64,000 nt of DNA. Origin: Bugula neritina. Lineage: Eukaryota > Animalia > Bryozoa. Both the position numbers and the translations under genes were made by a program. The number at the start of each line of letters is the position of its first letter. The stretch's first letter is position 1. The notes below the pieces were generated by a model. The model ran no database searches and was not told the origin of the DNA. It worked only from the letters and a program-made list of their open reading frames with translations. The stretch lies in the NCBI GenBank assembly GCA_964035545.1, contig OZ037771.1, positions 7,535,190 to 7,599,189 on the forward strand. The letters are read 5' to 3'. Of this stretch, positions 1 to 14,100 are shown in pieces.

Positions 1-657
1 GCTAATTTATGTATATGAATAAAAAAAGTCCAGAATTGTTATGTAAATATAAAACAATAATAATAGTCAATTTTTTCCCCAAAAAATAATGATCTAGTTT
101 ATGTGTATTCTTTAAAAAGTATATGGCCTGATTTTATAATTAAAAAACTTAACGTAACAGGAGAGATTGTGTTCTCTTTGGGACAAAATCCCTTGCAAGA
201 GGAAAATTTATTGTTGTGTGTTATAAAAAGTTGAAAGACTTTGGAATCTAGATGTGTAGTTCTAGATAGTCAGATAATGTATGCAGATACATTAAAAAAA
301 TAGAAGTCGTCACAAAGTTTTTGCTCGTTATAAAATATTCCTTATAAGACATAAACTTATTAAATTGGTCATACAAATATAAACTCATACTCGAATTACA
401 TGTTTCTGCAGCGCCGCGTGAGCCAACATAATAATCTATTCTACAGACTATTTTGGCTTTTTCGATCTGTATCAATAAAGAACGATATTTTGACACTTAT
501 TTATAATTAGTAGTCTACAATGTATAAGTCACATTTAAACTGAGCATTTCACTTCAAATGTGCTAAAGTTGTATGCAAAAATAAATAAATAAATTATTAT
601 AGTTTAATCTTAAGTTAATTGCAAATCATATAATATTATTAATTCAACAATCTTCAG

Positions 658-3493
658 GTACCCCTACAACTCTCAGCCCTACCAGCCAATGGGAGGAATG
701 TCGTCTGTATCCGACCACTGCGGTCAGCTGGTCAGTCACATGACTGGTCACATGGGCCGCACCATCAACAGTAACCTGACGCCAAGTGTCCAGCACAGCA
801 CGACAAACGCATTCGCTGCTTCAGGTTAGATTGTTAAACATTTAGACTTCAGAAAAAAACATCGCGCAAGTCTGTAGTCACTATCCCTGTGAGAAACCCT
901 GACGGAAAAGTTTTTTTAAAATAGGCTCAAGACTTTTTTGATGTGGCACCCATGCACTTATATAATATGACTGAATACTATCCTTAACATTATTGCTAGA
1001 CCAATTGCGTTTCACCAGCCCTACACTTGCTCTCCATTATTTAGAGATGATATTTGATCTTTAGTTTTCTGATACAGCAGCAATGTCTGGAAGCAATTAA
1101 AATGGAAACCTTTGATTATTAATTGAAACCTTTCACCATTTAATATATAACTATGAGTACAGCTTTTAAATAATTTGTTTAGATACAAAAATATCAAATA
1201 ACTTTTGTTTATTTACACATTTTCTAATCAAGTATAATATAATTCATCATATTAAAATAGCACAGTGTGATATAGCAGTAGAATATATTTCAATATAATA
1301 ATAGCAAAAGATAGCATAACAATATCAAACTAGCACATTTTAATCTCAGCAATAATAAATAAACATTTTAATTTTTGGTGTGTATAAATGAAAATTACGA
1401 TTCATATTTGGAAAGTCTGTGATTTTCGTATCGTGTTGATTGATCTGTGACTAAAAACATGTAAACTCACTTTAAGATAATCACAGCTATTTCAATTTAT
1501 ACAGCATTGTGTTTGCTTTGCTGCTAAAACTCTGCATACAGAAGGAGTGAGAATATGATCAACATAACCTATTTCTTCAGGTCTAACTGCATACAGCAAG
1601 CTCTACCCAACCACGCAGATATCTAGTCTGGATTCCTACAGCTCATCTGCCGAGAAGAGGAAACAGAGGCGTATCAGAACGACCTTCACCTCTAGCCAAC
1701 TGAAGGAGTTAGAAAGGGCGTTTGCAGAGACCCACTATCCAGATATATACACCAGAGAGGAGATTGCTATGAAAATTGATTTGACAGAGGCCAGAGTGCA
1801 GGTAGGATATTTCTACATACAAATATAAACTTTGTGTATTACTTGGGTCTATTCTCTCTGTTACAAATATTTCATTGAATGTTGTTATATAATGAATTTC
1901 ATAAACTTTTTGAAAAAATAAAATTTTAATGAAGAAGTTATAGTAAATTTCATACTAGGAAATATTATTAATTTGTTTTACCATAATTGGGTTGTTATAA
2001 GAATTACAACTACGTTTTATTGAATGTAACATCATTTTATAAAATAGTATTCATATGTATAAGACATTATAGTTTAAAATCATCAGTTACTAGACTATTA
2101 TTGACTTTCTAATATTGAAAATGCTATTATAATGTGCCTCATGATTATTGTTAGAAAGCTAAAAACTTTTGATTTGGAAGATAATTTTTAACTAAAAATC
2201 TAAATTACATATCTTGGGTCACAAGGCTATGCTTCATTAGCCTAAAATTTTGAAGGAGACAGCTGCTATTATAGTTGGAATTGTGCTTGTACGAGATAGT
2301 ATAATATTATATAAATAATGTTTCATTGAGCTTGTGAAACATTACAGAGTACTTGATATTAAACCCTGTAGTATATAGCCTGAGCACCATTCTATCTGAG
2401 AGTAGATTGCATATACTACTATTAGATGTTGACCAGGTGTTCTAAGTCTATATTATAAGCAGTCATAATCATGCAACTGTTGAACCACTTTTAAATAAAA
2501 TTTATGTTTTTATTGTCATACTATTATTGTTATATCATTATTATTGTTATATTATTATTGTCTTTAATGTCATCTACATAATAGGTTATTAAATACACAC
2601 AGCTTCCCCTTACTTTTATTAAGTAACTACTTTTGCAGCAAATTGTTTTAACAAGTTCAAGATGTATTAAGTTTTTGCCCATAAGTTAATACAACTGAAT
2701 TTTACGCCAATTCTGAGTTTTTAGATTGCGATTTTGACAAAGCAGTTCATTACTTCTTATTGCACGTTTATATCAACTTTAAAAGAACTGCAATCCAAAG
2801 ATTAAAATAAAGTCATTGGTATAAAGAGTTGAGTTTCAGTATAATTGCTATTACAGTTGCTAACTTTTTCTTCCAACTAGTGTATGCCAAACGGCTGCAT
2901 CAAATTCAACAGGATTTGTTTAATTATATTCACAGGTGTGGTTTCAAAACAGGCGAGCAAAATTTCGAAAAATGGAAAAAGTGAAGCAGAAGCATACCGA
3001 CACTGAAAATGGCAAAACTGAGAATGAGACTAATCCGGCATCCGCTGACGAGCAGGCATCTCCGACAGCAAGTAAGATGCTGCCTTTGTTTTGATTGGTT
3101 AAATGATTTAAATACAATATAGTTACACCGCAAGAGTATGCATGATGAAAGAAAGAAAATTTCAATACCAACTTAGCTGAGTAAATGTCATGCAACTACT
3201 GCAATGCTTGATCTGAACTTCTGGAGAATAATGTGTTTATAGTTGGTTGTAGATATGATATACGTATGCTGTATAAACGTATTTATTGTATGTAGACAGC
3301 GTGTGATATATGTGTACAGTGTGAATAATAAGTGTATAATATAATATACATACTATGCACTGTATAATATACAGTGTATAGTATTCAGTGTATAGTTATA
3401 TGCAGTGTGTAGTATACACTCTATATAGTATATAGTGTATAGTATACCGTGCATATTATCAGTAAAATATAATATAGTATATTACACATGTAA

Positions 3494-3525
<32 letters not shown>

Positions 3526-3617
3526 CCATACACACGCACACACGCACACACGCACACACGCACACACGCACACACGCACACACGCACACACACATAAAAA
3601 CACACGCACACACATAC

Positions 3618-3696
<79 letters not shown>

Positions 3697-3935
3697 ATAT
3701 ACTATTTATAATAACGGAGTTTGAACTTGTAGATTCTAATGAAGTGATGGATGCAGGTGAAAATCCTGGAAACATATCTCCTGCACCAGAGAGCTTGCAG
3801 ACTAGCTGCGAGTTTGATGACATGACACCTGCAGTGTCAACAGCTGCCGGTAACTATCACAGCTCTATGCTACACACTCCTGGCAGTCCATCTAATCCGA
3901 CTTCACCCTCAGCTCTTGCAGACGAGTTTTCTTAG
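658..3935 (+). CDS. Phox2: Paired-class (Q50) homeobox transcription factor Phox2; 5' end not located. Exons 658-824, 1581-1801, 2936-3071, 3733-3935
   Basis: The spliced translation contains [50 protein letters not shown]|[15 protein letters not shown], the Phox2 homeodomain, with the usual PRD-class intron between Q and VWFQN. All junctions are GT-AG and phase-compatible. Stop TAG at 3933-3935. Confidence 0.93.
875..1040 (-). mobile_element. Degenerate SINE-like dispersed repeat, copy 1
   Basis: The reverse complement shares 'attcagtcata...gtgccacat...aaaacttttc..tcag.g.ttctcaca...atagtgacta' with 28782-28960. Confidence 0.5.
3495..3694. repeat. (CA)n/(CACG) microsatellite in a Phox2 intron
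   Basis: About 200 bp of interrupted CA dinucleotide repeat, directly visible. Confidence 0.97.
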
Positions 3936-5012
3936 TCTTCCATAATAAAACGGCTGTTATACAAATATAATTAAGCAAATGGAGCAAATGGAAGTTGATA
4001 TGAAATATCATATAATAATCTAATAAAGGAAACCAGGTTAAAATCAGATTGATTTTTTACTTGAAATACATGTATTAATTGTATATAACATAACATGCAT
4101 ATATTAATATATTACCCATTATTTATTATTTTTTACTGTATCCTTTTTAAAAATGATTAATTTCTTGATATACAAGCTGACAGTATAATTCAGTCACTTT
4201 TTAACAAAATTAATGTAAAGCAAGGCATATAATAACTAAATAGTGCTATATAATTTATTGAAACAATACTGTACTTATATTTATTATTTATTTATTAGTT
4301 GTAATAAAACAACTACTGTTGAATTGTATTCTTTGCAATGTGGCTTTTATCAACATTTTACAAACCAATGTTAGCTTGTTTATGAGTGTATACTGCATGT
4401 TTGGTAGCATTCTATATGTTAGGTAAAACTTCCTACCATTTCTTGTCTATCCACTGGGACTATTAATGTAATTATAGGAAACTTTTGGGAGACTGTATCG
4501 ATATAAATCTAATTATCAAACTGCATTTAGCTTTCTACACAGTCCTTCAATTGCTATACAGAAATCAAGATGTTCTTATAGTACTCTCTCAACATGTGAA
4601 TATAAATACTGCATTAAATAAATAGTTAAAGACTAGAAGTTGTCCTCTCGAATTTACAGCAAAATTTTACATCCAATAATTATGTGGGAGTTAGCTTAAG
4701 GAGTTTCCAAGCGATATAATACAGCATATTATTTCAATTGCTGATGGTCAGCTTGAGAAAAATGTAAAGCTGTTATTTTTTGATGATTTTTTCTAGAAAA
4801 TGTCATTTTAATTAATAATATTTCAGCTACATACTTTATTATACACTTATAGAGTATATAATGCATTCATGTTGATTGTTATATTTTTATATTAACAATA
4901 ACTGTAACAGAAATAAAATCAAACATTAGAATAACATATTGTTGCACTTGACGCCTCACAAGCATTACTAAAGTCTAGTACTTTTTACAAACATGCAACT
5001 TTAGTCCTCACA

Positions 5013-8000
5013 ATGGCTGACTCTACCAGCTCACATGGCTCTGCATCTGGGACGAGAATCTGTGAGAAGGAAGTGGAAGCAAGCAAATCTGTGAACAATA
5101 TCCTAAATGAAGAGTCTGACGCTAAAAAACTTGAAACTGAGTCACCTGATTTAGGTAAATATGCTGAGTGTATAAAACTAAACATTTCACAGCGTACTAT
5201 TTACTATGCACTGCAAATTCCACCCTATTCTAATATGAAACAGTTTATTTTTTGTCATCAAAACGAAGCTTTATGTAAAACTAGAACTTGTTGTAAAACA
5301 TGTTTAAAAAGCAAAAGTAATTATTTTAGCATTTAGTCAATTAAAAACATACTCATAGTTGTTTTTAAGAAAATTTAACACTTTTGTTATATTGTGCAAA
5401 ATTAATACATAAAATTGTCCAAGGAATTAATAGATTAAATTGTCCAATGGATTATTACATTAAATTACATTCAAGAAATTAATACATTAAATTGTCTAAG
5501 GAATTAATACATTAAATCGTTCAAAGAGATAAGGTTTTACTATAACGTAAATTTATTCTAGGTTGCAGTTACTTTTATGTTTTAAATAAACTCTGCTATC
5601 TACTTTCTGCATGACACACTTTGGACAATAACTTTGAAACATCAACAGAGTTTTGTTTGTATGCCAAGCATTGCTGACAAATCATATTGTTGAAAGTTGT
5701 CTGCACATGTGTGAATGATCTGAAATGAAACAGAACAGGGCAATATTATTACAGTGGTAGCTTGTAGCACAAAGTGCATGTTTTTGACTCAACAGTTTGC
5801 AGCAGTGGGTATTCTCCTCCATATATTTTGAATAGCAGAATTCCAAATAGTAATACAACTTGTATTTTTCATATCTTATAACATATAATTAACATATAAC
5901 ATAATATGCTATAGAATAATAGGATTTGATTTAATATCAAAAATAATGTCTATGTAAGGGAGTTGTCTACTTAAAACTTGCGGTTTTAAATGTTTCACAA
6001 TAATATGGCTATGAAATTTTATAGGATTATACCTAATAAAAAGTATTAAAAGGTGTTTATATCTATAAGCTTAAATGATGCAACGGTATATACTAATACT
6101 ACTTTAATGAAATTTGTGCAAAGATAAGTATGTCCGGGCATTTACAGGCTAGCCACGCCTAGTTGCTCATTCATGCTTATATCAAAATCCATTAAAGCTT
6201 CTAAGGTGTGGTGTTGGTCTAGAATTACTTTGTACATTAAATTATGACACATAACTTTTAATTTATGAATTGTGACTCAGAATTTTTTCGTCAAAGTATT
6301 ATCTTGAATTATTGCTTTTAAAAATGAAATACAAAAACATTTATTGTGCTATTTAAATACAGTGACTGTAGCTTGACAAGCATATTTTGAAAAAATGTAT
6401 CAAGAGAAAATTAATGTTAAAACACTCAAGTTTTATGACAAAAAAATTTATTTTTGCAAATTATTGATTTATTAAACTTTTGCATCTAAAACAGACGAAT
6501 ACTTAGTTTTGATATAATATAAAATTGATCTTTCTTAATTTTAGGCAAACAAAGTTTATATAAATACCCGTTACAAGCAAATTTTTATATCAGCATGTAT
6601 ATAATAACTCGATGAAGTAAATTATGATTATACCTATTTGAAAAAATATTATAGTAATCTAATGTTTCCATGGAGTATGTGCTTTAAGAATCTATCTGTC
6701 TCACAATCAAATATAAGGCTAGTAAAACGAAATAATGGCCGGAACAGGTCTACAGTTAAGAAGGAAAGGGATAATTGAAAATAACTTATGTCTTCTTGTG
6801 ACCTAAGAAAACTGTAAAGCAAACATGTTGAATCATAATCTACACAGATCTATAACATTGTAGTACATAAGCCATAAAATGTCATTTGTCTTCATTATCA
6901 ATAGAATTTGACATTGAGAGTGTCTTTGTATCCTTATTTGAAAATGTAAACAGCCTAAACAGTTGTAATACTTCATACTATTTTTTAAAATTATATATTA
7001 CCTTGCAGTAATATATTTTCTTTTTATATAACATATACTTACGACAGTAAATTTTTTTAAATTTTAAGCAGCACTAAGCAAAAGTATGGCTAATTATTAC
7101 TGCAAGATTGAGTTGTGTTATACGTTGCGCATTACACAGCAGTATGACATTACGTAATACTCTTCCTGTTTGTTGGTCTTTTTTCGAATGTTGTTTTAAG
7201 TTTTTATTGTAATTATTGTTCTTGTCACCTATGTTGTTTTTCACTACTTCCAGGCAATCACCAAGGTGTGTTATATATATTATAATACTGTCATACAAAT
7301 TTGGTGTATAAGAACATTGACATTTTGTTTTCGGATGTAATTATTATGAAGGGATTTGATTGTAATACTCATGCTCATAGTCATAGTGATTGATCTTAAC
7401 ATTTATATTACTAACAGCTACTAATTACTAATACTACTAATTACTACATATGAACATTAGAATATAATTTTTATCCTAATGAATATGATGTAATGTTTTT
7501 CTATTATGCAGCAAGTATTCAATACATCAGGAGTGTAGTTTGCTAAAGCATAACATTAGATTTTACTGTTATATTTGTTCAAAAGTGCCATTGAAATCCT
7601 ATGTCTTATTTTGCAGAGCAAGAAATATATTGTCCGTTAACTGAAGTTAAATGTCACACTAATTTGTTAAAACTTGCGAAAGAATCTCAAAAAGACAGTC
7701 AAGCAAGTGAAACTAATACTAATGACTACATAATGAGTACAATGGATGACCAACAAGTGTCTGATGAGAATATGGCAGCTGTTGAAAACAATATAAATGA
7801 AGAAACAGTCCAAATAAAAGAAATGAACCTAAATATTCAAGAATTGCCAAATGGAGAGAAACAAATTGTAGAACCTCAATCTAACCTTTGCATTGCTGAT
7901 CATGGCCAAGTCTGCAATGAAAACAATAAGGATAAAACTCGCTACTCAATACCAAAGATAACCGTAACTAACCCTGATAACTTAACAGAGAACCTAGCTG

Positions 8001-11000
8001 ATTTGCCTGGTTTGGGTAACGACACGCCATCATCAAGTCTTCAAGCTATGCATGAGACATGCCCGTATACTTCTGCTAACGTCTCCCTTGGAAACCAAAG
8101 CACTGTCATGAGTCAGAGCTCTTTGCCCGAAGACGGAGTTGATGCAAAACACAGTCAAACATGTGTTAACACTAGTGAAGATGCTTTTGAAAATGCTAGT
8201 GACCACACAGAACCTCCAGTTCAAGAAGCCAGTGGTACTGACGCATCAGAAAAGCTTTTACTTGAAAAGCAGTCCTCGACATGTTCTCTACAAATAAAGT
8301 CTCTTGATGGGTCTATGTCTCTAGACTTGCCTTCTGCAGAACTAGTTAGTTCAAAACCTGCTGCTAAGAGCAATTTAAGTTTGTCAGTCCCCGATACCAG
8401 TGGTGGAGATTATGCTCAGAATTCAGTTAAACCCAACACCAAAAAATGTTCTTCAGCTGAAACTTACCAAGAGCATACTCATAAAAACCTTTTAGCTAAT
8501 GTTGAGTTCAAAATAGTAAACAAGAAGATTGTTATTCAGAGTGAAAGCTGTCTCACGGCCCAACAAACGTCAGAACTTGGAGGTAACGTAGCCGACATTC
8601 TTTTCAATGAGGTTGACGAAAATTTTGTTACCGACAAAGCAAACCAAGAAAAAGTCAACAAGTGTTTTTACAACAATGAGAGTGGTTTGCCGGAAACCAA
8701 TGCAAAGTCGCAAGATCCTGTTGAGCTTGATTCCTATGATTGCAATAATTCTCATAATTATGAAGAAGAATATCTGCTAGCCGAAGCAGAGTCAATATTT
8801 TTTGCTGAAATTGAAGAGAATTTGAAGGAGATTCAAAGGTCAAATGTCACTTCAGTCAAGAACATAACTCCGAATGATAATGTTTCTCAAACTAGCACAT
8901 GTCATACCTTGAAGCTACAAGTTGATCAGCTACACAAGTCTTCCGAAAAACCTGAATTTACGGAACATGAGAAAAAAGCCAAAATCGAAGCTCCGGAGGT
9001 GAACTCTGAAACTGAGTACAGAGATGGTGTAAACACCATTAAAACCGCAGGAAACCAAAGGCTTGTTATTTCAGGTGTGTGTTTGTGTTTTGTACTAAAA
9101 GTTAGTTTTAATCAACAAATACATATTTGACTTTACATTTTTTCAAAAACAGTTATTTAGCTTTGTTGAAAAGCAAGAATGACATTTTATGGATTTGTAG
9201 AATGGGTTGCTGCTAAACCTTTTCAGCCACGGAATGAAAATAGTTTAAGACCTGAGACCACCCACAAAGAAGTTATTCATCAAGATGGAAGTGCTCAATA
9301 CTTTAATAACAACAACTGCCACAACCGGAGTGCAGTAAGATATATACATTTCATACAATAGTGCAGTAGTTTTGTGGGTGATAGAATGAAATCAGGCAGA
9401 GAACATAACTCCTTGTTATAGAAGAGACAAGAGAGAGAGGTTGCCGTGTGCTTGCAGTACTTTATTGTAGCAGTGAGAAGTATCCAGTGTGAGCTCCAGT
9501 CCGCAAGTGACTGAAGCTCTAAAATGCGTGTCCTTTTATACTGGTAGAACAAAGGACCTCTAGAACCTTCCACCGGGCCGATGTTCGGCAGGGGACACCG
9601 ACATTTGTCATGTCGGTAACCGACACTGGAAATATCGGCAACCGACATTCGGTCTGCCTGCATCCACCTGCCGAAGTCGGTCCAACTGTCGGTTTAGATG
9701 AATCAACAAAAATGAACCCAACCAAGTGTATGCGTATTGTAACTTGTAATTGGGGGAAAGGGGATTAACTATTTACTATGTTGAAAGCTCAACATTAGCC
9801 ATAGTGTTTAAGGTATTAGAAAGTTAGTCTACATAATTAGCTATGATTACAGTATTTAGAAAAATAGCCATAAGTAAAGTGTCAAGGGGGATAACTCTTA
9901 ATATTTACCACAATAGTACATAATGCACTGTTTTAAAAATTATTCCGCAGGGCAGATAATAATATTAAGGATTAGCTATTGTATCCATGACAATAATATA
10001 AATATGTATATTTTAGACCAAGAAGAACATTGTTGCTAATGAATCCGGAGCCCAGGCCGACACTTCAGAATCTCTGGATCACTCAGGTGAAGACAATTCT
10101 CAGGATGATGTGATAGACATCATTGTTTTACCTGATAGTCAAGAGAAACCCGGGCAAGCTCCCCGGCCACCACCACCACAAAGAAATGGTAAATACATAA
10201 TCTTAAAAATTATTAGCAATTACCTCATGTAACTGCATTTCAACTTAATTGCAAAATATATTGCTGCAATTTAAAATCTGATTTAAAAATGTTATAATTT
10301 TCATAAAATTATTGCATGCAAAAAAGAAAACAACTTTTGTGAGCTTTTGCAAAATAAAGCTTAAATAATTGAAATATTCAGCTTCTGTGAGCAAATTTTT
10401 GTTGATACTATTAATGCTTAGCTTTTTCAACAGCCTCAGCAGTCAGAATGCATGCCACCGCACCTCACCTCAGGCCTCGCATGCAAGTCTACTCTCCCAA
10501 CATCTCAAACACAATACAACTGCTACCCACTCCACACATTCGCTTTTTCTCACCAAACCTAGCCTCGGTACCAGCAACACCAGGCCACCGAGTTTCACCC
10601 GCTCTTACGGGTGGCTTTGTAAGGCCCACAATTGCTCCTCCAATGGCTGCACTAACACCTGAATCACCGCTACACCAGCCAAGAGCTCCCCGATTCGTTC
10701 CTGCTCCACCAGCTCCATCTCACTCTCCAGCTATTACCATTGCACCTCGGTTTCCTTCCCTATCATGCCCTGCTCTGCCCTCTCAACCAGTCAACCAGAG
10801 CGCCAGCTGCTTACCAACTCCTTCATTTAATAATCTGCCTCTAGGAAATCACTTGCAAGCACCTAAAGAGTACATTGTCAATCCTACCAAGCTGTTTAAT
10901 GTCCGTGATGGTGTGGTGCCATATCAGGAGATTGATGGGTGTTGCTATTTCGATCCCAGCTACCTGTCTGACAAACCACCACCGGGCCTCCAATATGGCT

Positions 11001-11149
11001 ACCCGCAGAGAGGTAAACGGCGCAAGGCTATGCGACTTAGTAGCCGATTTCCTACACAAGCTGGCAAGTTCCACCATCATGCCAATTTCTACGTAAGAAG
11101 TTGTGCTGAAGCTACGGTGGGCCAAAGAGGAGAAAACGCAACAGAATAG
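5013..11149 (+). CDS. Uncharacterised, largely low-complexity protein with an acidic/Ser-rich N-terminal part and a Pro-rich C-terminus. Exons 5013-5154, 7617-9074, 9201-9334, 10017-10188, 10434-11149
   Basis: The long ORFs 7601-9130 and 10448-11149 are joined by GT-AG introns with matching phases (1,1,0,1), with no stop from ATG 5013 to TAG 11149. No folded domain recognised. Confidence 0.72.
5395..5525. repeat. Short degenerate tandem repeat, unit about 24-25 bp (attaatacattaaattgtccaagga), about 5 copies
   Basis: The repeated motif is directly visible. Confidence 0.7.
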
Positions 11150-14100
11150 AAGTATTGCTGTAAATCAAAGCTATCACCTTCTCCAATAGAGTCTCAGCCG
11201 TGTAAATTAACTTGAACATAGTGTAGGAAGTGTTGTAGCTGTGTAAAAACTCATCTAGTGCAAACAGTCTGACGTGTCACCTGGTAGTATGTGAAGGTTT
11301 TATACTCCAAACAAACTCTGCCTGTTGGCTTAATTAAGTTATTTTATTTTGTTTCTTTACCTGCTACATTTAATTTGAAATAGTCATCACTATCTCAAGA
11401 CATGCTAGAACTAATTCTGTGTTATCTATTATTTCGTCAACCATAATGCTCATACCTATATATTGTGTAACACTAAAATTACAATGAAAAATAAAACTAT
11501 GGTAGATAACTTGCAGACTAATTTTGATGACGATATCTGCATGACATTTGTCAGGATTTTTAGTTAATAAACTTATGGCTCAACAACTTGCTTAAATTAT
11601 AAGAAAAACACGCCTAAAAATTGATTTGATTAGTTGGTTTAAAAAAGAAAATTAGATTAATAAAAGGAATTAATCCATGTAAAACAGATGCTTCAGATTT
11701 TATAATTTTAACAAACATAAACTAGAATTGTGAAAGAATGCAAAAAAGAGCCATGGCTCTTTTTTGCATTGATCTGGATATTTTGTAGGATTTTGGTTTT
11801 GAGGTTTACGTAAAGCTATTGACCATGTTCTAAATTTGTGCCAGTTTTAAATCTAACAACATGCTTGCAAACTCCCAATCACTAAATAGGAAATTCAATT
11901 ATAAATAATTAGCTTGTTCTAATGAGAGCTAACCATCCTAATCATTGTCTCAGATCATTGATCTTTATCCTCTTTGATTTACTGCACAAACACCTGAGGA
12001 ACTTGAGGGTTGAAAGATAAACCATAAGGATATCTAATTTCCAATCTCTCAGTGAACTTTCTATTACTTCCAGGTTGAACTTTGTTTTTTTTATATGTTT
12101 TCTTATATTCAAATTGCATGTTTATTGGCTGTCAACAAGATTAAATTTTACTAATTGGCACCCAAACCCCATGTATTGCCTTTGCTTTAATCATTGCTTT
12201 AGTGCAAGAATTTAATTTAATTTTGATTTGCTTTTTGCTAAAGAAACTACAGTGACAAGATAAACATATTTGTGGAAAACAATACCATGTCCCCAAATGT
12301 TGCTAGTAAATCAGCCAAAAACCCTGCAAATGTATAAAACAGTGGACGTACAGTATATCATTGTAGCTTACTACTTGAGACTCTGTGTGAACTCTGAGCT
12401 AGTTACATGCAATATATTTCATGCAAATAATATACTTTATTATGGAATAAACATTTGTTAATATTAAATGCAATCCTGTTTGAAGCTGCACTGGTTTTTC
12501 TCTGCATGCATTCCATTTATTACATGAGTGAAGTATCAAGGTTTGCTTGACCTGGGCTTCTGGTTTAGGATTATAACATCACTTCTGTATTTCACACACA
12601 GAATTTTCATGGGTTAACAGAATCTCAATGCAAAACCTACTCAATGTTTAGCTGTGCATCAATAATAGAGAAATACCACAGCACTTGTTTTAGCTATGAT
12701 TTAAAAATTCCAGAAGTTAAATACAGAGTTATCTCTCTTAACATTTATAGAAGAAAAAACAAATACAATAGATTAAATTATGTATGCATGTGTAAAATGT
12801 CCTTTTTCTTTGTAAGTTATTGGCAAGTAAATTCATCAATGAGCAGTTATTACAGCAAACACTAAGCTGACAGAATTTTAGCTTTTGTCTTTATGAAAGT
12901 AAGAAAGCAAGGATTAAGCTGTAGCTGAAAACAATGTTTGGTGTTTTGTACTGTGCAGTAATGCAAATTCATATCTTAATTAATTAAAAAAAATCTCAAG
13001 CATTTATTTTTCAATTAATTACGTAGTTCAAGTTAGTCTCTCAGAAAATTGTTGAATGCAGACTGAAAACTAGAGGTTTGGAGTTCAACCAATTATAATT
13101 CACAAAGGAGTATAATTATACTACTTAGCTGCTTATATAAAAATATATTCTTATCAGAAGAAACCTCTTGACATTAGATTGAAGCTGTCAATAAGAAATA
13201 TAAGCAATTTACTTTATGTAACCATAACCTATGGAAGTATGGTAAGTTTATTGCCATTAGCATCTAATTACACTCCAACAATATGTGCAGCTTATTACTT
13301 GGGGCTGTAAATGTCCTCTAGTAATACCATAAGCCAAAACCCCAAGACTAGTCATTTCCAAAATATTTGATAATGGTTATTTTTTACTAAATATAACTTT
13401 CTTCTGCCCACTAGAATTCCGATTTTTTTGCAGTTGCAAGGCAGCTTAATTAAAAGCAAGTTCGTTTTCCATTAGGAAAGTTATTTTTACCTGATGGAGA
13501 GAATGTTTAGTTCCGATGTTTCAACTTTTTGCTTTAAATAGAAAATTCCTGTTTACTAATCAGCTAAGTTTTCGCTGAAACTAATTAGAAATACTCTATT
13601 ATAGTATCATGATAATAAGACTGAATATAAAGTTAGGCCAGAAATTAAAAAACTTCACCTTCTATGCTAGAAGACTTTAAGAAGTTTCTATAAACCTGCT
13701 AAGTCCAAGTAATTTCATGATCTATACTGCAAAACTATCTTATAGTTGTAATGCTTTTAAACACATTTAAAGCTGCAAAAAAATAATTTTCTCAAATCTC
13801 ATTTTGAAGTCCAGCAAAGTAATGGTTTAGAAATGCTACTTTGTTTTATGGATACTCAGGCCATGAATCTAGCTTTTGGGGACAGATTTAATTATACAAG
13901 ATACAATCATAATAAGAATATTGAGGGTGGAGCAGATAATGCAAGCACTTGCTCAAGGAAAAGCTGCAAGGTGTTTCAGATTTAAGCTTAAATTAATTTG
14001 ACAATCATCTAGTATTTTGGCTCATTGTCAAAATCTTCTTCTTTAAAATCTCTCATAACAGGAAAAGGCAGGTGGCTTGAAGTTTCGTGGCAATGTCAAT

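Noticed and set aside
3421-3823. Cys-Val and His-Thr repeat ORFs
   Set aside because: These are translations of the CA microsatellite; only 3733-3935 is a real exon (Phox2).
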